A DNA stretch of 55,783 nucleotides, from positions 1 through 55,783 of the IMG/VR virus record IMGVR_UViG_3300047564_005880; one strand, 5' to 3'. The notes under the pieces are model-generated. The model saw only the letters and a program-made list of their open reading frames with translations, was not told where the DNA came from and did not search any database. The position numbers were made by a program, and so were the translations under genes. The DNA comes from a virus (taxonomy: Duplodnaviria; Caudoviricetes). Positions 41,104 through 47,215 of this stretch are shown in pieces; position 1 is the first letter of the stretch, and each line of letters begins with the position of its first letter.

Positions 41104-41328
41104 CTAAGAGCTACGCGCCGAACGGGGTTTACGCGGTTTTTTAACCTCTAACGTATTTAACCGTTCGTCGTGGTCACAGACAATATCTACCAGTCTTTCA
41201 TATTCCTCTGAGCCAGGGCGGCGCATCATCAACTTTGAGTCGTTCACACGCTGCTCCAAGGCATCCAGCCGCGCCCAGAGAACTTTAATCAACTCACTGT
41301 CTTCCACTGACCAATCGCTCCTTTCCAA
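41104..41328 (-). CDS. Hypothetical coiled-coil protein (74 aa)
   Basis: Tiles with neighbours; helical, basic tail. Confidence 0.6.
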   Translation of the reverse strand: MERSDWSVEDSELIKVLWARLDALEQRVNDSKLMMRRPGSEEYERLVDIVCDHDERLNTLEVKKPRKPRSARSS

Positions 41329-41506
41329 TATAATTCTCAGACAAATCGTAATGCATGACCCAATTTTCGGTAACGATGTAATAACCTGTCAGATTTTTCC
41401 CATCGTCTGTCCAACCATAGCTAATCACTCTCTCATTAATTTCTTCATGATCTAGAAGCAGATTCGTGTGAAGGTAGTGATTGTAGCGTTGGTGAAGATT
41501 GATCAT
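41294..41506 (-). CDS. Hypothetical protein (70 aa; start at ATG 41506)
   Basis: ATG overlaps stop of PPTase gene (ATGA coupling). Confidence 0.6.
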   Translation of the reverse strand: MINLHQRYNHYLHTNLLLDHEEINERVISYGWTDDGKNLTGYYIVTENWVMHYDLSENYIGKERLVSGRQ

Positions 41507-41970
41507 ACTGCAACTGCCCCCTTGATGTCTGGTGGAAGATCTTCTAGTGTAATTATAGTTCCCTCTGGACATTTTGCAAGATTCGTTGCAATCGTTAACT
41601 TATCACGTTTCACAGCTGCTTCCTTGCTGGTCCAGATTTCATAAAATTTTTCTCTGTCAGAGGTGATCTCTGAGGGATGAAAAAATCTTCGCGAAATTTG
41701 CTCAAAGGGGCGCTTTCGCATATACTCTATATCTATGCCAATTGGCATGGCAGCTACCGCGATGGCAACATAATTGCGGGTGTCGGACTTACTCCAATAC
41801 ACACTGGCAGGTTCTTTGCAGGACAGGCGACCTTCTAGGAAGTCAGCTATGCAAGCTCGGATAATCTTGGAGTGGGCGATTTGGGGTTCCTCAAAAAGGT
41901 ATACGAGAAAATTTTGCCCCAAAAAAATTTCTGAGATAGGGATCCTAAGTTTTTCGATGAATGATGTCAT
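41503..41970 (-). CDS. 4'-phosphopantetheinyl transferase, Sfp/HetI-type (short)
   Basis: PIGIDIE, RRFFHPSE and FYEIWTSKEAAVK match the PPTase GxDxE and WxxKEAxxK motifs. Confidence 0.85.
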   Translation of the reverse strand: MTSFIEKLRIPISEIFLGQNFLVYLFEEPQIAHSKIIRACIADFLEGRLSCKEPASVYWSKSDTRNYVAIAVAAMPIGIDIEYMRKRPFEQISRRFFHPSEITSDREKFYEIWTSKEAAVKRDKLTIATNLAKCPEGTIITLEDLPPDIKGAVAV

Positions 41971-42077
41971 GATTAGTTCGGTCGCGAATGCAAGACTTTA
42001 TAGATTAGCTCTTTGGGTCCCATATAACATGGGCTAGGGGGGCGACCCGCCACGGGGGCGGGCACTGTCCCTGAGGG

Positions 42078-42266
42078 TCACTCGAAGGTGGGGAGGGCGG
42101 CGATCGCTTCATCGTGGTAGCGGTCAGCGTAGCATCCTGCCCACCACCAACCCTCAGCAGGGCGGATCTGACCAGCGTAGACTGTCTGGGGTGAGGTTTC
42201 GGTCTTGCGAGCGACCCACATGGTCTCGCGGGTTTCGAGGTCGCTGCACTGAGAGTAGATTGCCAT
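42078..42266 (-). CDS. Hypothetical early protein (62 aa; start ATG 42266)
   Basis: Directly downstream of a sigma70 promoter. Confidence 0.6.
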   Translation of the reverse strand: MAIYSQCSDLETRETMWVARKTETSPQTVYAGQIRPAEGWWWAGCYADRYHDEAIAALPTFE

Positions 42267-42288
42267 CGGTGGGGTGTGAACTGAGAGA

Positions 42289-42317
42289 ATTGTAGAGCAT
42301 CTAGGGGCAGGCGTCAA
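42289..42317 (-). promoter_or_regulatory. Sigma70-type promoter TTGACG-N17-TACAAT
   Basis: -35 at 42312-42317, -10 at 42289-42294, spacer 17 nt. Confidence 0.75.
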
Positions 42318-42535
42318 CCCCTCGCTGCTGCCTCCATGCGTTCGTAGAATGCCAGGAACTTACGGGTCACCGTGGGGGAGAGGTCACGCGATCCGCTGCG
42401 ACCATGGATAGGGAGGGGGAAGGTCTCGCCCATGCTAGGATGGGAAATCTTGGCGTGACCGCTGCGACCGTCTCGGATGCTGCCGCCGATCTTGGTGACC
42501 ATGCTGCGAGCGGTGGTGATCTTGAGGGTCTTCAT
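42314..42535 (-). CDS. hicA: HicA-like (dsRBD-fold) RNase toxin homologue, no adjacent HicB
   Basis: RDGRSGHAKISHP..FPLPIHG..DLSP matches HicA GSH..HP..vP.H..DL pattern; 73 aa, basic. Confidence 0.65.
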   Translation of the reverse strand: MKTLKITTARSMVTKIGGSIRDGRSGHAKISHPSMGETFPLPIHGRSGSRDLSPTVTRKFLAFYERMEAAARG

Positions 42536-42615
42536 CAGTAGGAGGGGTGAATGATGGTGAAGATGACAACCTTGCGATTGAAGGGGCGCAGGGCGCGGTT
42601 GAGAAGGCGAAGCAT
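42535..42615 (-). CDS. Small basic peptide (26 aa)
   Basis: MLRLLNRALRPFNRKVVIFTIIHPSY; TGATG-coupled to hicA-like gene. Confidence 0.45.
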   Translation of the reverse strand: MLRLLNRALRPFNRKVVIFTIIHPSY

Positions 42616-42617
42616 GA

Positions 42618-42761
42618 TCAGGGGGCGATGTGAGCAGGGGAACCGCAGGAGCGATAGAAGTCTACCATGCGCTCCGCTTCCTCTAGGGTCTTGAAGAACT
42701 GGGAGCGCCATTCGCAGGCGTTGTATGGGGTCTGATAACGGACTTCGTAGCGGGTGAGCAT
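42618..42761 (-). CDS. Hypothetical early protein (47 aa)
   Basis: MLTRYEVRYQTPYNACEWRSQFFKTLEEAERMVDFYRSCGSPAHIAP; own promoter. Confidence 0.7.
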   Translation of the reverse strand: MLTRYEVRYQTPYNACEWRSQFFKTLEEAERMVDFYRSCGSPAHIAP

Positions 42762-42782
42762 CGGTCGTTTGCTGATGTGGTT

Positions 42783-42841
42783 AGTCTAGAGCTAGGGGCG
42801 ATCAGTCGCGGTCGCTGATGTGCCAGGTCCCCCACTGTCCC
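42783..42841 (-). promoter_or_regulatory. Early promoter with 7-8-7 inverted-repeat element (copy 1)
   Basis: -10 TAGACT 42783-88; plus-strand GTGCCAG-gtccccca-CTGTCCC 42820-41; gap 31 nt. Confidence 0.7.
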
Positions 42842-42978
42842 TCGGGTGCCTGATAGGTGCCAGCGGCGACGGCATCGCGGATCGCTTGGCGCTGTGCCTC
42901 CTCACGGGCGAGGCGCTCGGTGTACTCTGCCATCACCATGGCGATCAGTTCGTCGTGAGTCATCTTGGTTTTGTTCAT
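42802..42978 (-). CDS. Hypothetical early protein (58 aa, or 53 aa from ATG 42963) ending GQWGTWHISDRD
   Basis: Hand translation; 3' end overlaps element copy 1. Confidence 0.7.
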   Translation of the reverse strand: MNKTKMTHDELIAMVMAEYTERLAREEAQRQAIRDAVAAGTYQAPEGQWGTWHISDRD

Positions 42979-42984
42979 GCTGTT

Positions 42985-43043
42985 AGTCTACAGGGTCAGG
43001 GGGCAGGATCGGGGGGCAGAGTGGACAGTGCCTCAACTGTCAC
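42985..43043 (-). promoter_or_regulatory. Early promoter element copy 2
   Basis: -10 TAGACT 42985-90; TGGACAG-tgcctcaa-CTGTCAC 43022-43; gap 31. Confidence 0.75.
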
Positions 43044-43201
43044 AGGATCTGGAGGTCGTCCAGGATCTTGCCATCCTTACGGATCTCAGCATAGGTGAAC
43101 TCATCAGCGAGCACGTAGAGCAGGCGCTGTGCCTCAGCCCAGGTATCAACCGAGATCGATTCGTAGGGGGCAGAGGGAACGTAGACTGAGAAGCGGGACA
43201 T
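43040..43201 (-). CDS. Hypothetical early protein (53 aa; start ATG 43201)
   Basis: Downstream of promoter copy 3; TGA stop lies inside element copy 2. Confidence 0.65.
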   Translation of the reverse strand: MSRFSVYVPSAPYESISVDTWAEAQRLLYVLADEFTYAEIRKDGKILDDLQIL

Positions 43202-43225
43202 GGGTTGGTTCGTTTCGATGCCCTT

Positions 43226-43282
43226 AGTATAGAGCATCAGGGGGGCAGCGGTAGGGTCGGTGGACAGTAGCTAGGGTGTCAC
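43226..43282 (-). promoter_or_regulatory. Early promoter element copy 3
   Basis: -10 TATACT 43226-31; TGGACAG-tagctagg-GTGTCAC 43261-82; gap 29. Confidence 0.75.
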
Positions 43283-43286
43283 ACGG

Positions 43287-43481
43287 TCAGTTGGCGAACC
43301 ATGCCTCGTGGGCAAGATCGGATGCCAACTCCTCTAGGTTGTCTTCGGTCAGGCGGGAACCGTAGAACTCCAGGATCTCAGGGTCCAGGCGGTCCAGGTC
43401 GCATCCGTAGAGGTCCACTGCCTGACGCTCTGCTAGGACCAGCAGATCATCGTAGAGGGAGAGCAGGCGGTCTTCGGTCAT
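43287..43481 (-). CDS. Acidic hypothetical early protein (64 aa)
   Basis: 17 D/E vs 4 R; own promoter. Confidence 0.7.
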   Translation of the reverse strand: MTEDRLLSLYDDLLVLAERQAVDLYGCDLDRLDPEILEFYGSRLTEDNLEELASDLAHEAWFAN

Positions 43482-43505
43482 GAGTCGTTTCGTTTCGATG
43501 CCCTT

Positions 43506-43563
43506 AGTATAGAGGGTCAGGGGGTCAGTGGCGAGCGATCTGTGCCACCTTGTCTGCTGTCAC
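43506..43563 (-). promoter_or_regulatory. Early promoter element copy 4
   Basis: -10 TATACT 43506-11; GTGCCAC-cttgtctg-CTGTCAC 43542-63; gap 30. Confidence 0.75.
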
Positions 43564-43662
43564 ACGGTCAAGGGTCTGGGCGAGGGTCAGGACCGATCCT
43601 AGAGTTTGTGAGAACATCAGGAGCAATCCTGCCACCAGAGCTAAGCGAATCGTATTTGCCAT
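43525..43662 (-). CDS. Small membrane/secreted peptide (45 aa)
   Basis: MANTIRLALVAGLLLMFSQTLGSVLTLAQTLDRVTADKVAQIARH; hydrophobic N-terminus. Confidence 0.55.
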   Translation of the reverse strand: MANTIRLALVAGLLLMFSQTLGSVLTLAQTLDRVTADKVAQIARH

Positions 43663-43667
43663 TTGTA

Positions 43668-43985
43668 TCAGTTAAGACGCATCCCAGAGAAGAAAGGAAT
43701 TGCACCGCCAGAGGGTACACTAACGTACCAATTCCAGTCCTTCTGAAATACACGCTCACCAGGGATTCCATGCTCGGAGAGAATAGCATTCAGGCGAGAC
43801 TTGGTGGTAGCAGACTGATGCCCACCATCGAACAATTCAATCCAGGTCTCACCAATTCGGGCGATCAGATTGCCGAACAGGTAGACATCGGAAACATGCG
43901 AACATGCGACGACTTCGGTATTGTCACGCTTGAAATCTTTGCCAGCAGTGATAGCGGCATTCATCAGACGCTCAATCTTACGCAT
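43668..43985 (-). CDS. Conserved phage hypothetical protein (105 aa)
   Basis: MRKIE..YLFGNLIARIG..DGGHQSATTKSRLNAIL, a motif seen in many phage hypotheticals. Confidence 0.8.
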   Translation of the reverse strand: MRKIERLMNAAITAGKDFKRDNTEVVACSHVSDVYLFGNLIARIGETWIELFDGGHQSATTKSRLNAILSEHGIPGERVFQKDWNWYVSVPSGGAIPFFSGMRLN

Positions 43986-44020
43986 GGGGGGAAAGTGAAG
44001 TGGTTTGGTGAACTGAAAGA

Positions 44021-44078
44021 ATTATAGGATGCCCAGGGCGTTCAGCAACCAGGCGTAGACCAGATTAGGAAGTGTCAC
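44021..44078 (-). promoter_or_regulatory. Early promoter element copy 5
   Basis: -10 TATAAT 44021-26; AGACCAG-attaggaa-GTGTCAC 44057-78; gap 30. Confidence 0.7.
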
Positions 44079-44245
44079 AGTCCGTTCAGCATGTCGTGGA
44101 TTGCCTCCTGATACTCCTCCCAGGTGGAGAAGCGATCCTGCAGGTGAGCAGGCACGACCCTAGGGGCAGGGGTCATGGATTGGCGGATCTCCCGCTCGGT
44201 GTACCCCTTCTGGCAGAGGTGGGCGATGTAAGGGTTGTTTGTCAT
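44075..44245 (-). CDS. Hypothetical early protein (56 aa), probably leaderless
   Basis: MTNNPYIAHLCQKGYTEREIRQ..EEYQEAIHDMLNGL; 6 nt between -10 box and ATG; stop inside element copy 5. Confidence 0.7.
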   Translation of the reverse strand: MTNNPYIAHLCQKGYTEREIRQSMTPAPRVVPAHLQDRFSTWEEYQEAIHDMLNGL

Positions 44246-44251
44246 GCAGAC

Positions 44252-44310
44252 ATTATAGGCACGGGTCGCGACCGATCGGGGAGATCGGTGGACAGTGCCT
44301 CAACTGTCCT
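44252..44310 (-). promoter_or_regulatory. Early promoter element copy 6
   Basis: -10 TATAAT 44252-57; TGGACAG-tgcctcaa-CTGTCCT 44289-310; gap 31; 21 bp identical to copy 2. Confidence 0.75.
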
Positions 44311-44419
44311 AGCTCTGACCCTCCAAACCTGCTCCGATCGCGAGCAATACCAGGTAGGAGATCCTAGCACATTTGTACCATCGGGTCTTGGTGTAGGCGG
44401 GGACCTTGCGACGTGCCAT
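44309..44419 (-). CDS. Small basic/hydrophobic peptide (36 aa)
   Basis: MARRKVPAYTKTRWYKCARISYLVLLAIGAGLEGQS; extended -10 TGGTAGACT at 44441-49. Confidence 0.4.
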   Translation of the reverse strand: MARRKVPAYTKTRWYKCARISYLVLLAIGAGLEGQS

Positions 44420-44493
44420 AGAGTCAGACGATGGGGGAACAGTCTACCACAGGTTCGTGGTGATACAGAGCGAAGCGGCCGCCCTGAGCTATA

Positions 44494-44706
44494 CTAACTC
44501 AGCAGGTCTTCGATGAACTCCTCACCATACGATTCCAGGATCTCAGTCTCTAACTCCTCTGGGGTGTAACTGTTAAGATTCTCCACCAGAGTATCAAACA
44601 CAAACTGCTCCATGGTTTTCATGTCCATACCGTCCATGATTTGCTCAGCATAACGCTCAACAATTGTGCTGAACTCATCTGTCCAAACTTTAGCGTTGTT
44701 ACCCAT
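44494..44706 (-). CDS. Highly acidic protein (70 aa), DNA-mimic candidate
   Basis: 18 D/E vs 3 K/R; helical. Confidence 0.7.
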   Translation of the reverse strand: MGNNAKVWTDEFSTIVERYAEQIMDGMDMKTMEQFVFDTLVENLNSYTPEELETEILESYGEEFIEDLLS

Positions 44707-44748
44707 GATTGAATGATTAAGTGTAAAGAATTGAGGGAAAGGTTGCCC

Positions 44749-45063
44749 TTAGGCGAAGACAACCTCTGCAACTTGCGACGTGGTGAGCATAACGCACTCC
44801 TGACGGAATTGGCGCTTCCACTCATCACCAACTGCTCGCAGATTGTCGAGCATAGCTACAGCGCCGAGCGAACGCTCATCAACAGTCACGCTGATGATCT
44901 TAGTCTGCTCAATCTCACCTTTCCAGATACCGATGCCATCGGTGATAGTGCAGCAGGGCATCAGAACGCACACGGTATCTTTAAGGAAAGATTGCCACAT
45001 TTGCTCGGTCACAGTACCAGCGTCGGGGATGTTGCGACCGAGGGAGAGAGTGTGGGTTTGCAC
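44749..45063 (-). CDS. DUF3574/phage SAM-lyase-like protein (104 aa; start GTG 45063)
   Basis: GRNIP..WQSFL..TITDGIGIWKGEIEQTKII..WKRQFRQECV pattern. Confidence 0.65.
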   Translation of the reverse strand: MQTHTLSLGRNIPDAGTVTEQMWQSFLKDTVCVLMPCCTITDGIGIWKGEIEQTKIISVTVDERSLGAVAMLDNLRAVGDEWKRQFRQECVMLTTSQVAEVVFA

Positions 45064-45085
45064 TTGGTTTGTTTGAACTGAAGGT

Positions 45086-45144
45086 AGTATGGAGCAGATT
45101 GGGGGGGATTGCAAGTGGGTCTGTGCCACTTCCCGAACTGTCAC
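45086..45144 (-). promoter_or_regulatory. Early promoter element copy 7 (also TTGCAA-N17-CATACT)
   Basis: GTGCCAC-ttcccgaa-CTGTCAC 45123-44; gap 31. Confidence 0.75.
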
Positions 45145-45341
45145 ACCGACTGATCGATCAGCGCCTGTGCTGTGATATTACAATTAACCTCAGCGAATGC
45201 ATCGCGAACTTTCTCCTGTACCATATCAAATACGCTCTCATTCATCCACTCTGGGCACTCATCATGGAATTGCACAAGTATATTCAACACCTCCAATTCT
45301 TCGGCGTTGAATGCTTCGAGCAGGGCGAATCGGTTAAACAT
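45141..45341 (-). CDS. Acidic hypothetical protein (66 aa; start ATG 45341)
   Basis: Stop inside element copy 7; downstream of copy 8. Confidence 0.6.
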   Translation of the reverse strand: MFNRFALLEAFNAEELEVLNILVQFHDECPEWMNESVFDMVQEKVRDAFAEVNCNITAQALIDQSV

Positions 45342-45362
45342 TTGAATTTCGTGTATGTGTAT

Positions 45363-45420
45363 ACAATACATGATCACGAGCACAAAACAACCCCCACTGT
45401 GACACTTCGCAAACTGGCAC
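45363..45420 (-). promoter_or_regulatory. Early promoter element copy 8 (possibly bidirectional)
   Basis: -10 TATTGT 45363-68; GTGACAC-ttcgcaaa-CTGGCAC 45399-420; gap 30. Confidence 0.65.
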
Positions 45421-45494
45421 AGGAGGGGTTGCTGATATCGGTTCTGTGATATAGGGTGATGAGCAGTTAAGAATTCGAGCGGCAGTTAGCTATA

Positions 45495-45695
45495 CTAACT
45501 CACGCCGACTTCGTAACACAAACCCTCCAGAACATAGTACTGAGAGAGTAACTCTAACTCAGGGCATGAGTTAATTAGATCGGTGTCTAGAAGATACTGC
45601 ACCAGATCTACACTCTCCTCAGCATCTAGACCAACATCGCTATACTTTTCGTATAGCACTTGGTACTTATCGAAGGTTGTTAGATCAGTCTTCAT
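45495..45695 (-). CDS. Acidic hypothetical protein (66 aa)
   Basis: Start ATG 45695 overlapping upstream ORF end. Confidence 0.6.
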   Translation of the reverse strand: MKTDLTTFDKYQVLYEKYSDVGLDAEESVDLVQYLLDTDLINSCPELELLSQYYVLEGLCYEVGVS

Positions 45696-45867
45696 AAGTA
45701 TACTCATCCTCATCGAAGTCTAGATCTACTGCCTTGATCCTCTTAGAGTTACTTACCTTGTCTAAGTAACCACTCTGAGCTAGATCAAGATAATTAGCAT
45801 ATTCTTTCTTTTTCTGAGAAAAGGAAGAGTTTCTACCCTTTCCACGATAATTCCAGGTTTTTGCCAT
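45685..45867 (-). CDS. Hypothetical protein (60 aa), basic N-terminus and acidic tail
   Basis: MAKTWNYRGKGR..DLDFDEDEYTYED. Confidence 0.6.
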   Translation of the reverse strand: MAKTWNYRGKGRNSSFSQKKKEYANYLDLAQSGYLDKVSNSKRIKAVDLDFDEDEYTYED

Positions 45868-45901
45868 TTTTGTTACTTTTTACCGTTTTTGATAGTTTTT
45901 G

Positions 45902-46162
45902 TTAGTTTACAGTTTTTTGCAGCAAATCTCCATTTTTCAGAGATTCATTATAGAATTTCCCGAGAGAGAAACTTTCAGGATTCTTCTGCAATTCTTCCAG
46001 CTTTGAAACTAACTTAGAACTTGCAGGCTTCCAAGTAAACTCGTAAGTCTTGTCATTACCTACAAATTGTACGGTAACGTTGGAACCTTGCACGGTTACG
46101 TAGTCGATGGCAGAGCTGACCCCAGTGAAGTCAAACTCGAAGGTTTTAGCAGTTCTGGGCAT
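45902..46162 (-). CDS. KTSC-domain-like protein (86 aa)
   Basis: SSAI..V.VQF..TYEF..SLGKFYN pattern of KTSC domains; GGAGA SD. Confidence 0.6.
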   Translation of the reverse strand: MPRTAKTFEFDFTGVSSAIDYVTVQGSNVTVQFVGNDKTYEFTWKPASSKLVSKLEELQKNPESFSLGKFYNESLKNGDLLQKTVN

Positions 46163-46186
46163 TTGTCTCCAGATGTGTACGAAGTA

Positions 46187-46245
46187 ATTATAAGGGCAGG
46201 ACTCGGAGAAACTGGGCGACCCTGTGACAGTTCAGAAAGTGTCAC
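46187..46245 (-). promoter_or_regulatory. Early promoter element copy 9 (most symmetric copy)
   Basis: -10 TATAAT 46187-92; ctGTGACAG-ttcagaaa-GTGTCACag 46222-47; gap 31. Confidence 0.8.
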
Positions 46246-46376
46246 AGTACTGCTTGACTTTTGAGTGACTGCGGGCTTAGATAACAAAGCACTCGGACGA
46301 TCTCACAGTCTTCCGTGAGAACCTAGACAATCCAGCCATCAAGCTCACGCAAACACATTTTTTAACACGTTTTTTA

Positions 46377-46435
46377 ATTCTCAATAAAATTACCTTATTG
46401 AGAATCAATAAGAGGTATTATTGAGACTCAATAAG
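46377..46435. repeat. AT-rich alternating TCAATAA / TTATTGAG iteron-like repeats
   Basis: TCAATAA at 46381, 46405, 46428; TTATTGAG at 46395, 46418; in the longest intergenic gap of the accessory region. Confidence 0.75.
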
Positions 46436-46440
46436 CGCAT

Positions 46441-47037
46441 TTAATGAGAAACCCTCCGCCAATAGTCCAGAATGAGACTAATTCTCTCCGCGTTTCCATG
46501 ATTTAAGACTCTATGCATACTACCTGAAGTAAAACACAAGAGCTTACCCTCTGTTTGTACTCTAGACTCGTCTTTGAGTTCTAGTACACTATCACTACTG
46601 ACTATTGGTAACTGTACTCTTAGATTGATTACATTTGGTCCTGGTTCTGGATCATAATGCCATCCTAGAGATGCAGTTGGATACAGTACAGTAAAACCAC
46701 TATATGTCATGGCATCTATCTCTCTGAGTATTCTACATGTCTTAGGCATGTGAATAGCATTAGGGTTATAGATGTCACCTTGAAAGTATAGTGGTGCTAG
46801 ACCCCATTTCGTTCTAGCTGATACTGGTGGTGCAGTGAAGTAGGACATGTGATTGATTTCATATCCTTGCCCTTCATTAGAGATCGTCTGTGCTTGATAG
46901 GATGTAAAATCACGAAACTCGATCTTGTGTTGTACTGTATCCCATTCTCTTCGAATTACAGGATACAGTTCTTCTAACACATGTAGTTTAGGATGTACGT
47001 CTTCAGGTCGTAAGAAGGTGCTTTGAGGTTGTACCAT
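46441..47037 (-). CDS. Aspartyl/asparaginyl beta-hydroxylase family 2OG-Fe(II) oxygenase
   Basis: WHYD (HxD), LRVQLPI, EGKLLCF..MHRVLN..ERISLILD; start uncertain (47037 or upstream). Confidence 0.8.
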   Translation of the reverse strand: MVQPQSTFLRPEDVHPKLHVLEELYPVIRREWDTVQHKIEFRDFTSYQAQTISNEGQGYEINHMSYFTAPPVSARTKWGLAPLYFQGDIYNPNAIHMPKTCRILREIDAMTYSGFTVLYPTASLGWHYDPEPGPNVINLRVQLPIVSSDSVLELKDESRVQTEGKLLCFTSGSMHRVLNHGNAERISLILDYWRRVSH

Positions 47038-47197
47038 ATTGAGAATAGAGCTTGGCATCGTTGATTGCTTGCTGGTCATTATTGAATGGACCATAGGACA
47101 GATCTTCAACACCATCGTATGACCAATAGATACCCTTCCTCTTCTTGAACACGTTAATCGTCAGTTCTTGATCTAGGGCGGTGATGATAGTTTTCAT
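47003..47197 (-). CDS. Hypothetical protein (64 aa)
   Basis: YGPF...AINDA motif common in phage small proteins. Confidence 0.6.
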   Translation of the reverse strand: MKTIITALDQELTINVFKKRKGIYWSYDGVEDLSYGPFNNDQQAINDAKLYSQYGTTSKHLLTT

Positions 47198-47215
47198 GAG
47201 AATACAGGGTGAAGT

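Larger units (their letters stand above)
43209..43514. repeat. 26-bp identical direct repeat (43209-43234 and 43489-43514), duplicated promoter/leader
   Basis: TTCGTTTCGATGCCCTTAGTATAGAG twice, 280 bp apart; TGTCACACGGTCA also repeated (43277, 43558). Confidence 0.9.

Noticed and set aside
42046-42071. Possible 15th element copy with CCCGCC/GGCGGG hairpin
   Set aside because: Only one half-site matches and there is no good -10 at the 29-31 nt spacing.
42100-42107. HIP1 octamer GCGATCGC
   Set aside because: Only one copy was noticed, which is expected by chance in GC-rich DNA.
42990-43265. G-quadruplex potential in G-run promoter spacers
   Set aside because: The runs are irregular and no canonical four-tract pattern recurs across copies.
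42783-46245. CRISPR array interpretation of the recurring element
   Set aside because: Copies are degenerate, spaced hundreds of bp apart by ORFs and tied to -10 boxes; no cas genes are present.
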